A stretch of DNA of 56,030 nucleotides from a virus (lineage: Duplodnaviria; Caudoviricetes), in the IMG/VR virus record IMGVR_UViG_3300012953_000002, positions 1-56,030 of that record, one strand, 5' to 3'. Made by a program: the position numbers and the translations under genes. Shown here piece by piece: positions 42,278-49,970 of the stretch. A model generated the notes under the pieces. It did not search any database and had not been told where the DNA came from. It was given only the letters and a program-made list of their open reading frames with translations. How positions within the stretch are numbered: position 1 is the stretch's first letter; the number at the start of each line of letters is the position of its first letter.

Positions 42278-42493
42278 ATGTTACCATATGAAATTAAAGT
42301 TGAATGGTATACCCAGATGTATTATAACAATAAACAAGTTGCTACTGAAGTTATGGGTAGTAAAGTATTTTATGATAAATCACCTGAGTATGTTGCTGGT
42401 TATTGTCAGCATTTTGCTGATAAAGGATATGGAGTATGTATAATTGATGTTAATATCAAGCGTACTCAAATATATCCAAGTGTAGTTAAATAA
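42278..42493 (+). CDS. Hypothetical protein
   Basis: 71 aa, GAGGAG RBS. Confidence 0.65.
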   Translation: MLPYEIKVEWYTQMYYNNKQVATEVMGSKVFYDKSPEYVAGYCQHFADKGYGVCIIDVNIKRTQIYPSVVK

Positions 42494-42499
42494 TTCAAG

Positions 42500-42570
42500 C
42501 GCGGAGGAGTGAAACGGCTCACGCTAGCCTCATAAGCTAGAAACATCGGGTTCGACTCCCGTCTCCGCAA
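42500..42570 (+). tRNA. tRNA with CAT anticodon (Met/fMet/Ile2 unresolved)
   Basis: Acceptor GCGGAG/CTCCGC, D stem GTGA/TCAC, anticodon arm CTAGC-CTCATAA-GCTAG, T arm CGGG-TTCGACT-CCCG; CCA not encoded. Confidence 0.9.
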
Positions 42571-42600
42571 CAAAGATGAGCTAATGCTCTGCTCGCGACC

Positions 42601-42718
42601 AGTGTGGTGGTGTATAATGGAAGTAATGAATCCGTTGATATAATGTGTATTGCCGTCATGATTAGCTAGGTGTAAGCCCTAGGTGACAATAATAGCACAA
42701 TATCTATGCTACCATACT
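42601..42718 (+). ncRNA. Structured RNA candidate 2
   Basis: 14-bp closing stem with 4 G-U pairs; internal AAUGGA/UCCGUU, GUCAU/GUGAC and CUAGG/CCUAG helices. Confidence 0.6.
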
Positions 42719-42730
42719 AAAGATTTAAAT

Positions 42731-43216
42731 TTGTGGTGTATAATGATAGGTAATGGTCTGATCTACCATTATTGAAGTATTATACTAAATGGTAAACCTG
42801 TGGGAGTAACCGTAAGATTATTATAGGCTTAGCGGCTATTATAATAATCGAGAAGTGCTCATGCCCTGTACGATAAAGGGGCGCAGGTAACATATTTAAG
42901 GGATATGCCCTGATATGTCTATTGAATAATAGATATATGGTTTTAGCGAACTAAATATGTGTAGGTGCAACGGGATAACAATAAAAATAAGGAGAAATCC
43001 ATGTTATTTATTGTCGGCACTAATCTATACTAATATACAACCCGTAGTTTCGATATGTATAGAGAATGATATTTTCATAGTGAGATCTTATGATGTAATA
43101 GGCGTCAACCTATTATAAGTAAGGTAGTGACAGCTATTATCATTCGTGTCGTGAGGTGGCAACACCCATAGAAGCAAAGTACTTTAGAGGTATAACAAAC
43201 CCTCTACCAGCCACAG
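42731..43216 (+). ncRNA. ROOL-like large ornate ncRNA
   Basis: About 490 nt with no long ORF, near a tRNA, closed by UGUGGU/GCCACA, many helices; ordered blocks match my recollection of ROOL. Confidence 0.7.
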
Positions 43217-43220
43217 TTCA

Positions 43221-43255
43221 TTACACTAAACTAATTAAGGAGAAATACAATGAAA
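43221..43255 (+). repeat. 35-nt leader repeat, copy 1
   Basis: 32/35 identical to 44545-44579. Confidence 0.85.
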
Positions 43256-43876
43256 GATAAAGAAGCAGCAATAATATGTGATTTAGATGGTACTATAGCA
43301 CTTATGAATGGTAAAAGGTCGCCATTTGAGTTCTTAAAATGTGATCAAGATGACCCTAATCTACCTGTAATAGATGTATTAGAAACTATGGTAAAAGCAA
43401 AAGATTGGGTTACTATATTTACTACAGCAAGAATGAATGTTCCAATACCTAAAGATATGTATAGACGTATGACTGCTTACAGTAAATGTGCAGAATATGA
43501 TATAATTGCATGTACTGATATAGAAGAATTAAAAGAATGTGAATCTTATGATAAGTCTTTACAATGTCACATTCATCCTTGTTTAAAACAAGATAATCCT
43601 AATAAAATAATATTTATTCATCTTACAGATGTTTATTCATTAACATTATTATGGCTTCTTCAACATGTTAATCTACATTGGAAATATTTTAGAATGTTTA
43701 TCAGAGAAAATAATAATAATGATAAAGATAGATATGTAAAGCTTAAACTATATGAAGAACAGATTAAGCCTAACTATGATGTTAAACTGGTGCTGGATGA
43801 TAGAAATCAAGTTGTAGAAATGTGGAGATGGGGTGCTAAACTACCTTGCCTTCAAGTAGCAGATGGTAATTTTTAA
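43250..43876 (+). CDS. HAD phosphatase (T4 PseT/PNKP 3'-phosphatase-like)
   Basis: CDLDGT, FTTAR, K and LDDRNQVVEMWR...CLQVADGNF. Confidence 0.85.
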   Translation: MKDKEAAIICDLDGTIALMNGKRSPFEFLKCDQDDPNLPVIDVLETMVKAKDWVTIFTTARMNVPIPKDMYRRMTAYSKCAEYDIIACTDIEELKECESYDKSLQCHIHPCLKQDNPNKIIFIHLTDVYSLTLLWLLQHVNLHWKYFRMFIRENNNNDKDRYVKLKLYEEQIKPNYDVKLVLDDRNQVVEMWRWGAKLPCLQVADGNF

Positions 43877-43880
43877 TAAT

Positions 43881-44163
43881 TATGTAGGGATACGTTTAAT
43901 AGCTTGGTCGCTGCTTATTCTTAACGGATGAGATGATCTAAACTATTGATACGGGGGCACCTGTTGATATAGGCAACGAACCTAACGTCATTTCTGAAAA
44001 ATGTATACCTACATATAAACTTAAGCTCAACGTGCATGGGCGATGTGTGGAATATATCTGGATGACCCTCTGGCGCCTCCATGGTAACAGTAGATATAAT
44101 CAATGCACACGGGGGACGACACGTAGATCACTCAACAGGCTCGGAAATAACTGTGGTTCGCCC
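43881..44163 (+). ncRNA. Structured RNA candidate 3 (two domains with cross-pairing)
   Basis: Stems 43881/44015 and GGGCGA/UCGCCC 44038/44163; GC-richer than its surroundings; no credible ORF. Confidence 0.6.
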
Positions 44164-44217
44164 CAAAGAATTGACTTATAATCATAATAAAATACACACA
44201 ACAAAGTGGAGGTTATT

Positions 44218-44382
44218 ATGGCTAGATCATTAAAAGTTTCTCGCGTCATTAGCTTTGGTAAGTCTGGTAATACAGCTCAAATAGTAGTTTCTACTAAGAA
44301 GGGCTTAAAAACTAGACATATCAGGTTAGTTAATGGTGTGTGGAAATGTAAAAATGGACACATATACTCTATTGAAGGATAG
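44218..44382 (+). CDS. Small basic protein, 54 aa
   Basis: GGAGG RBS, MARSLKVSRVISFGKSG...HIYSIEG. Confidence 0.65.
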   Translation: MARSLKVSRVISFGKSGNTAQIVVSTKKGLKTRHIRLVNGVWKCKNGHIYSIEG

Positions 44383-44396
44383 ATTATAAGTCTTAT

Positions 44397-44540
44397 TTGG
44401 AGAGATTGATATAAGATGTTTTGCAATTTCACAGAATAGGCTGGAGTTGCAGGTTATTTTGATAGACTAGTTACGACTACCTACGAATAACTAATGAACC
44501 TGCGCAGCGCTCAAATAAAGAGCAATATTAATCTCTCTAA
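44397..44540 (+). ncRNA. Structured RNA candidate 4 (rod with central bubble)
   Basis: 16-bp closing stem with 2 G-U pairs; GCUG/CAGC, GCAGGUU/AACCUGC, UAGUUA/UAACUA and a GCUC/GAGC side hairpin. Confidence 0.6.
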
Positions 44541-44544
44541 AAAT

Positions 44545-44579
44545 TTACAATAAACTAACTAAGGAGAAATATAATGAAA
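44545..44579 (+). repeat. 35-nt leader repeat, copy 2
   Basis: 32/35 identical to 43221-43255. Confidence 0.85.
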
Positions 44580-44780
44580 TTTAAATTATGTGATTTGGTA
44601 AGTAAAATAGTATATAGTGACAAAAGTAATGATGAGATAGTAACATCAATTGTCCAGAATACTAAAAATAATAAGGAATTGACCCTTATTAAAAATGATA
44701 AATCCTCTGGAAAGAATGCTAAGTTCTGGACTAAGTATTCTGACAGTAAACTTAATGGCATATTAAGGAGGTCTAAATAA
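44574..44780 (+). CDS. Hypothetical protein
   Basis: 68 aa, AAGGAG RBS. Confidence 0.65.
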   Translation: MKFKLCDLVSKIVYSDKSNDEIVTSIVQNTKNNKELTLIKNDKSSGKNAKFWTKYSDSKLNGILRRSK

Positions 44781-44929
44781 TGGGTGTACATTTTAGAAAT
44801 ATTCGTGATGTATTGCAAATATTGAGAGATACTTATACATATATCGCTATACAACATAAAAACGATGAACTAGGCAGTAAAATTATGGATAGAATTAATA
44901 TAATATTAAAAGATAATGAGGAGGATTAA
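44780..44929 (+). CDS. Hypothetical protein, 49 aa
   Basis: AAGGAGG RBS, TAATG coupling, MGVHFRNIRDVLQ... Confidence 0.6.
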   Translation: MGVHFRNIRDVLQILRDTYTYIAIQHKNDELGSKIMDRINIILKDNEED

Positions 44930-44931
44930 AC

Positions 44932-45459
44932 ATGGGATTTGATATACATGGGATAAAACCCAAAATAAATGTAAAACTAGATGATACTACAGTTTATGGT
45001 ATGATAGAGTCAATTGATGATTTTGCAGAAAGATGGTCAATACAAGATAAGTTAGGTAAAAATGATCGTAAAAAGTATTGGAAAGAGATGGAAAAACATC
45101 ATGATGATAATCCAGGTATATATTTTCGAAATAATGTATGGTGGTGGCGTCCTTTATGGGATTATGTATGTGATACATGTAAAGAGATTCTTAATGATGA
45201 AGATGTAAATGCTGGTTTTTATAATGATTTAAAAACAATCTCTAGTGAAAAAGCTATAAAAATAGCAAATGTATTATTTGAAAAGATAAAATCTGGACAT
45301 ACTGATAAATATGCAAAGCAATTTGAAAAAGACAGAAAAAAGTTAGAGAAAAATGAGGATAAAGACAGTCAATTTATGTCAAGTTATCCCTTTGATACTA
45401 AAAATGTTAAAAGATTTGCTGAATTTTGCAAAGAATCAGGAGGTTTTGAGATATGTTAA
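44932..45459 (+). CDS. Conserved-looking phage protein of unknown function
   Basis: 175 aa, MGFDIHG, YFRNNVWWWRPLW, FCKESGGFEIC. Confidence 0.75.
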   Translation: MGFDIHGIKPKINVKLDDTTVYGMIESIDDFAERWSIQDKLGKNDRKKYWKEMEKHHDDNPGIYFRNNVWWWRPLWDYVCDTCKEILNDEDVNAGFYNDLKTISSEKAIKIANVLFEKIKSGHTDKYAKQFEKDRKKLEKNEDKDSQFMSSYPFDTKNVKRFAEFCKESGGFEIC

Positions 45460-45608
45460 AAGTAAAAGTAATTAGATTAGATAAAACTGGTAATCTTCAA
45501 GAATATACTATGAATTTTAAGGATACTAAGAGTAATAATCTAGAAATAGAAAAATTAGCTGATATAGCAGAAGATTGTTATGTTGATCAGTTAAATAGCT
45601 GGAAATAG
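45453..45608 (+). CDS. Hypothetical protein, 51 aa
   Basis: AGGAGG upstream, MLKVKVIRLDKTG... Confidence 0.5.
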   Translation: MLKVKVIRLDKTGNLQEYTMNFKDTKSNNLEIEKLADIAEDCYVDQLNSWK

Positions 45609-45637
45609 TTAACTAAATACAGAATAGGAGGCCAATT

Positions 45638-45853
45638 ATGGCAAATGTTAGAACAATAAGATGGTTAGCAGGTGGTGGTTTTGTTGATAAGGAAGTATCA
45701 TCAACAACAGTAGCTCAATTAAGAGCTGAGTTAGATATTAGCCCTGGTGCTGATATTGCAGTTAATGGAACTAATGTGGCGGATACGCATGAACTTACAG
45801 ATGGTTCCGTGGTAGCAGCTGTTCAGAATAACAAATCTGGCGGTAGCTACTAG
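45638..45853 (+). CDS. Ubiquitin-like (beta-grasp) modifier
   Basis: 71 aa; TVAQLR, IAVNG, LTDGSVV; ends KSGG-SY. Confidence 0.85.
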   Translation: MANVRTIRWLAGGGFVDKEVSSTTVAQLRAELDISPGADIAVNGTNVADTHELTDGSVVAAVQNNKSGGSY

Positions 45854-45868
45854 TTTAGTGTAAACACA

Positions 45869-45924
45869 GAAGAATGGGGGATGATCCACACTTACAATCC
45901 TACTCAAATTATCCCCTTTTCTTC
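45869..45924 (+). promoter_or_regulatory. Intercistronic hairpin between Ubl and E2-like genes
   Basis: GAAGAAUGGGGGAUGAU/AUUAUCCCCUUUUCUUC. Confidence 0.6.
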
Positions 45925-45943
45925 GTAACATAGGAGAGATACA

Positions 45944-47254
45944 ATGCAAACAAATTTATTTGAATTAAATCCAGATTTGAGAACCTTAATAGAAAATATT
46001 CAATTAGGACCTCAAGCTGAAGTATTAGAGTTAATTGATCAATTTAATACTAGATACGTACAAGGTGAAAATCATATAGCAAGGCCTTATAATTTACATG
46101 CACCTACCAAACCTCTTGGTATTACTAAGAAATTTTATTGGAAGCCAGGAGCTTATGATACTATAAAAGATGTAATATGGTATCAAGGTGAAATGCATAA
46201 GAAAGCAGCTTCACTAGGAAAAGTTGTACAAAGAGTTAAAGATAATGCTAATTGGAGATTAAGAGGTATTAAAAATGAACTACAAAGCATTGAAGATATA
46301 TTAACTAGATTTAGACAACAAGGCTTAATAATGCAAGATAATACTGATGATGTAATTGAGTCATGGGAGATAATAAAAGCTCATTTATATCAACAATATG
46401 AAATGTCTGATGGTGCTTTTGGTTTAAAATTAGAAGAAGTAATAGTTAATGATGTTATTGTTAATTATTATTTGGATGTTATATATACTTACTCAGATAT
46501 TAAGATTAATTATAGACATTTTGATAATCCAGATAGTATAGCAGAAATTAACTTACCTGGACAAGGTCATATAACAATTAGACTATCTATAGTAAAATTA
46601 ATAAATAGTTTAATATCTGCAAAATTGAATATTAATAATATATCACGAAGTAATGTTAGAATAGCTAATGGTCATAGTGGTAATAAAAATTGGTTTTATG
46701 CTATAGGTGGTAGATGGTTTGGAAGTTATGAAGGATTACAACATCCATTTATATCTAATAACAGCTATTCATACAATTATCAAGGATTATTTAGCGATAA
46801 CTTCAGATATACTTGTGTAGGAGGAATGAGTCAAGAATTTCAATCTTGTGTTGAATCATTAGACTTTATATCTCTAAAAGTATTCGTTGAAAGATTACTA
46901 ACGCATTATGATACTAATACAGGTCCGTTAAATCAAATTAGCCAATCTTATCATGGACAACCTAATTTCTTAGAAGGGTTAGATGAATATAATAATATAG
47001 TTGGTAGAAAACCAGCTGATCAATGTGGCTATAGAGGTATAGTTCAAGGTTATGCTGAAGAAGGAATAAACATTGAAGAAGATTCTTATTGTGCTGAATT
47101 CTGTGCAATTAAAGACAAATGTGCATCTTATAAAGCTGCTGTAATATTATATAAAGATGAACCTGTAGAAGTTTCGCCTACAAACACAAACGCTGAAAGA
47201 GAAGCTCTGGAAGCATTAACATTAAATCTAGTAAATAATAGGAGGAATCAATAA
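45944..47254 (+). CDS. Putative E2-like conjugating enzyme with long N-terminal extension
   Basis: HPFIS (H267) then YTCVG (C291), fitting the HP..C(L/V)G E2 signature; lies between Ubl and JAB. Confidence 0.6.
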   Translation: MQTNLFELNPDLRTLIENIQLGPQAEVLELIDQFNTRYVQGENHIARPYNLHAPTKPLGITKKFYWKPGAYDTIKDVIWYQGEMHKKAASLGKVVQRVKDNANWRLRGIKNELQSIEDILTRFRQQGLIMQDNTDDVIESWEIIKAHLYQQYEMSDGAFGLKLEEVIVNDVIVNYYLDVIYTYSDIKINYRHFDNPDSIAEINLPGQGHITIRLSIVKLINSLISAKLNINNISRSNVRIANGHSGNKNWFYAIGGRWFGSYEGLQHPFISNNSYSYNYQGLFSDNFRYTCVGGMSQEFQSCVESLDFISLKVFVERLLTHYDTNTGPLNQISQSYHGQPNFLEGLDEYNNIVGRKPADQCGYRGIVQGYAEEGINIEEDSYCAEFCAIKDKCASYKAAVILYKDEPVEVSPTNTNAEREALEALTLNLVNNRRNQ

Positions 47255-48210
47255 TGGAAGTATTTATAGAAAAGAAAGACTGGGATAAGATAATTAATTA
47301 TGCCAGATGTGCTTCAGATAAATGGAGTACAGAAATAGGTGGTATGGCAGTAACTATTCAAGATGAGGATGGTGATTGGCATATTGCAGATCCAGTAATA
47401 ATGAAACAAGAAGTATCTGCAGCATTATGCGAATTAGATAAAACTGAATTAGCAGCATATTATAGTAAAATGGCTATGAAGTATAAGAAAAAGAATATTC
47501 GTTTCTGTTGGTGGCATTCTCACGCTAAAATGGATGCTTTTTGGAGTGGTACTGATACAAATACTATAGATGAGTATGAAGATGGCGACTTAAGCTTTGC
47601 TTTAGTAGTTAATGTAAAAGAAGAGTATAAATGTAGAGTATCAGTATGGAAACCTTTCACAATGCATAAAGATGTTGAACTTAATATCTTAAATGATGAG
47701 AAAGAATTTAAGATACCTAAGAAAATCAATGATGAAGTAGAAAAGTTCTGTACTAAACCAGCTACTAATTGGTATAATTCTGGTAGTAATTGGAGTAAAT
47801 GGACTAACAAAGGAGTAACAACTGGAACTGTTATCCCTGGAGTAAATCAAACTACTTTATTTAACGCACAACTTAGTAAAGATAGTGAAATGAATATAGT
47901 AAGGACAGCATGGATACAACTACTAGAAAAAGTAGATAGTGTAAATTCTTCATTTATAGCTGGTGAATTTGACTATGAAAAGTATGCTAATAAAATAAAA
48001 GATATAAACAGAAGATTAACAAATGCTAAGATGCCTTTAAGCGTAGAATTAATAGAGAAATGTGATTTTGACACTCTATTAGAACTACATTCTTGGGATT
48101 TAATCGTTTGTGATCCTGGTTATGAGGAATTAGATCCTTATATGGACTATGCTGATGAACAAAGTTGGAATGAAAGTTATTTAACAGGAGGAATCAATGG
48201 ACAAAAATAG
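47254..48210 (+). CDS. JAB/MPN+ metalloprotease
   Basis: E27...WWH88-S-H90-x7-S98-x2-D101 JAMM motif. Confidence 0.92.
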   Translation: MEVFIEKKDWDKIINYARCASDKWSTEIGGMAVTIQDEDGDWHIADPVIMKQEVSAALCELDKTELAAYYSKMAMKYKKKNIRFCWWHSHAKMDAFWSGTDTNTIDEYEDGDLSFALVVNVKEEYKCRVSVWKPFTMHKDVELNILNDEKEFKIPKKINDEVEKFCTKPATNWYNSGSNWSKWTNKGVTTGTVIPGVNQTTLFNAQLSKDSEMNIVRTAWIQLLEKVDSVNSSFIAGEFDYEKYANKIKDINRRLTNAKMPLSVELIEKCDFDTLLELHSWDLIVCDPGYEELDPYMDYADEQSWNESYLTGGINGQK

Positions 48211-48859
48211 TAGATTCAGTGATATTGTTAGTAATATGAATGACTATTCTTACCATATACTTGGTTGCGGGGCTATCGGTAGCTCTGCAGCCATACAATT
48301 GGCAAGAATGGGAGCTGAAAGCTTTAGTTTATACGATAATGATAGTGTTGAGCAACCAAATATAGGTGTGAGTCAGTATAACATAAAAGATGTCGGTAAA
48401 AGTAAAGTTGAATGTTTGTATCATCATATAATAAATATCACTGGGAACAAGAAAACGGTCGATAAATATTTCGGTAAATTTCCAGAAAACAATGAGTATA
48501 TACCTATGAGTCAGCATAACGATATAGTTATACTGGGCTTTGATAGTATGCAATCTAGATTAGATGCAGTAACTCATATATCTAAAAGCAGAATTAAACC
48601 TTTTGCAATTATTGATGGTCGTATGGGAGCTGAACATTATCAGCAATATGTATTACCAAAGCCAACATTGAAAAGTTATCTCACAACATGGTATCCTGAT
48701 GGAGATTCTGATCCTGAACCATGTACAATGAAGGCAACAAGTTATTGTAGTAATATGAGTGGAAGTTTTATTTGTAATGCTGTTAGGAAGTTAATAACTA
48801 ACCAGCCTTATGATAAGAAATTCTCATTTAACTTTCCTACAATGATACTTGGAAAATAG
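48197..48859 (+). CDS. E1/ThiF-family activating enzyme
   Basis: GCGAIGS, YDNDSVEQPN..SQ, GKSKV, GFDS, IDGRMG, candidate catalytic Cys176 (EPCT); no CxxC pairs. Confidence 0.92.
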   Translation: MDKNSRFSDIVSNMNDYSYHILGCGAIGSSAAIQLARMGAESFSLYDNDSVEQPNIGVSQYNIKDVGKSKVECLYHHIINITGNKKTVDKYFGKFPENNEYIPMSQHNDIVILGFDSMQSRLDAVTHISKSRIKPFAIIDGRMGAEHYQQYVLPKPTLKSYLTTWYPDGDSDPEPCTMKATSYCSNMSGSFICNAVRKLITNQPYDKKFSFNFPTMILGK

Positions 48860-48877
48860 AAATAAAATATGTAAATT
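48849..48877 (+). promoter_or_regulatory. Sigma70-like promoter for the replication block
   Basis: TTGGAA-N17-TAAATT upstream of erf. Confidence 0.45.
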
Positions 48878-48925
48878 ATAACCCCCATCTAGGGATAATA
48901 AAAACACAAAACAGAGGGAGGATTC

Positions 48926-49408
48926 ATGGAAGCAATTCAAGAACCCAAGGGTATTTCTGACCCTATAAATAGAAGAAAAACCGAATGGATGTCACCTAAA
49001 ATTGATAAATTGGCTGGAGCGTTAGCTAAAGCTCAATCTGAAATTAGAGGTGCTAAGAAAAGTAGTACTAATCCATTCTTCAAGTCTGATTATGCTGATT
49101 TAGATACTGTAATTAAATCATGCTTTCCACAATTAACTAAAAATGGTTTATCCGTAATACAGGGAAATGATACCTGTGATAAAGGTAGTTTTTATGTAAC
49201 TACTATGTTATTACATGAATCAGGTCAATGGATTAAATCTAAGTTAAAGATGCCTATTGGTGGTAAACAAGACGCTCAAGCTGTAGGTGCAACAATAACA
49301 TATGCAAGAAGATTTTCTTTATCTGCTATGGTAGGTATCGCACAAACAGATGATGATGGTAATTCAATTTCAGATAAAGCTATAAACAAAGGAGTAAACA
49401 ATGGCTAG
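48926..49408 (+). CDS. erf: ERF-family ssDNA annealing protein
   Basis: ALAKAQ, NPFFKSDYADL, GATITYARRFSL...DDDG. Confidence 0.92.
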   Translation: MEAIQEPKGISDPINRRKTEWMSPKIDKLAGALAKAQSEIRGAKKSSTNPFFKSDYADLDTVIKSCFPQLTKNGLSVIQGNDTCDKGSFYVTTMLLHESGQWIKSKLKMPIGGKQDAQAVGATITYARRFSLSAMVGIAQTDDDGNSISDKAINKGVNNG

Positions 49409-49958
49409 AACAATGACAGTAAGTAAAGGTGGCGGAACAAGTTATGGTGAAGGTTGGAAAACTGCAACTATATCTAGAGCAGCATATGGAGTATATAATG
49501 ATGCTAAATATATAGATGTATGGTTTGAAGGCTATCCTGAAAACTTTAACGCTAGAATCTATGCTAATATTAGTAATGGTGAAGAGTGGGCTATAGGCCA
49601 AGTATTCAGATTTGCTAATGCTGGTATAACTGGTGGATTAGAAAGTGACAATGGGAAGGTTGTTATTAAAATGGATGATGATCCTGCTCATTTAGCTGGA
49701 AAGCAAGTTCATATATTCTTATATAAAGATGGTAAATATAGTAGAATATTAAAGCAAATTGCACCAACTGCATTTGAAAATGTGGCTGAAAAGTTCACAG
49801 ATGATGACGTAGTATATTGGAAAGGTAGAGCAGAGAAGTATTACAACGAATTTGTGAAACCTAAGTTAACAAAAACAGAGGGTGAAGCAGATACATTTGT
49901 ATCCTCCACTACGACTAATGAGACAAGTACAACATCAAATGATGAAATACCGTTTTAA
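49401..49958 (+). CDS. Putative single-stranded DNA-binding protein
   Basis: Beta-rich core, acidic DEIPF tail, next to erf. Confidence 0.7.
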   Translation: MARTMTVSKGGGTSYGEGWKTATISRAAYGVYNDAKYIDVWFEGYPENFNARIYANISNGEEWAIGQVFRFANAGITGGLESDNGKVVIKMDDDPAHLAGKQVHIFLYKDGKYSRILKQIAPTAFENVAEKFTDDDVVYWKGRAEKYYNEFVKPKLTKTEGEADTFVSSTTTNETSTTSNDEIPF

Positions 49959-49970
49959 TTAGTTAATGTG

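Noticed and set aside
42571-42600. tRNA-associated HDV-like (theta) or hammerhead ribozyme
   Set aside because: I could not build the nested double pseudoknot or find CUGAUGA plus GAAA cores.
42989-43033. AAGGAG + ATG mini-ORF (MLFIVGTNLY) inside the ROOL-like RNA
   Set aside because: The apparent SD is part of a GGA-GAAA-UCC tetraloop hairpin within a longer stem; the ORF is only 10 codons.
45638-48859. ThiS/ThiF or MoaD/MoeB cofactor biosynthesis
   Set aside because: No thiamine, molybdopterin or sulfurtransferase genes are present; the E2-like gene and JAB favour conjugation.
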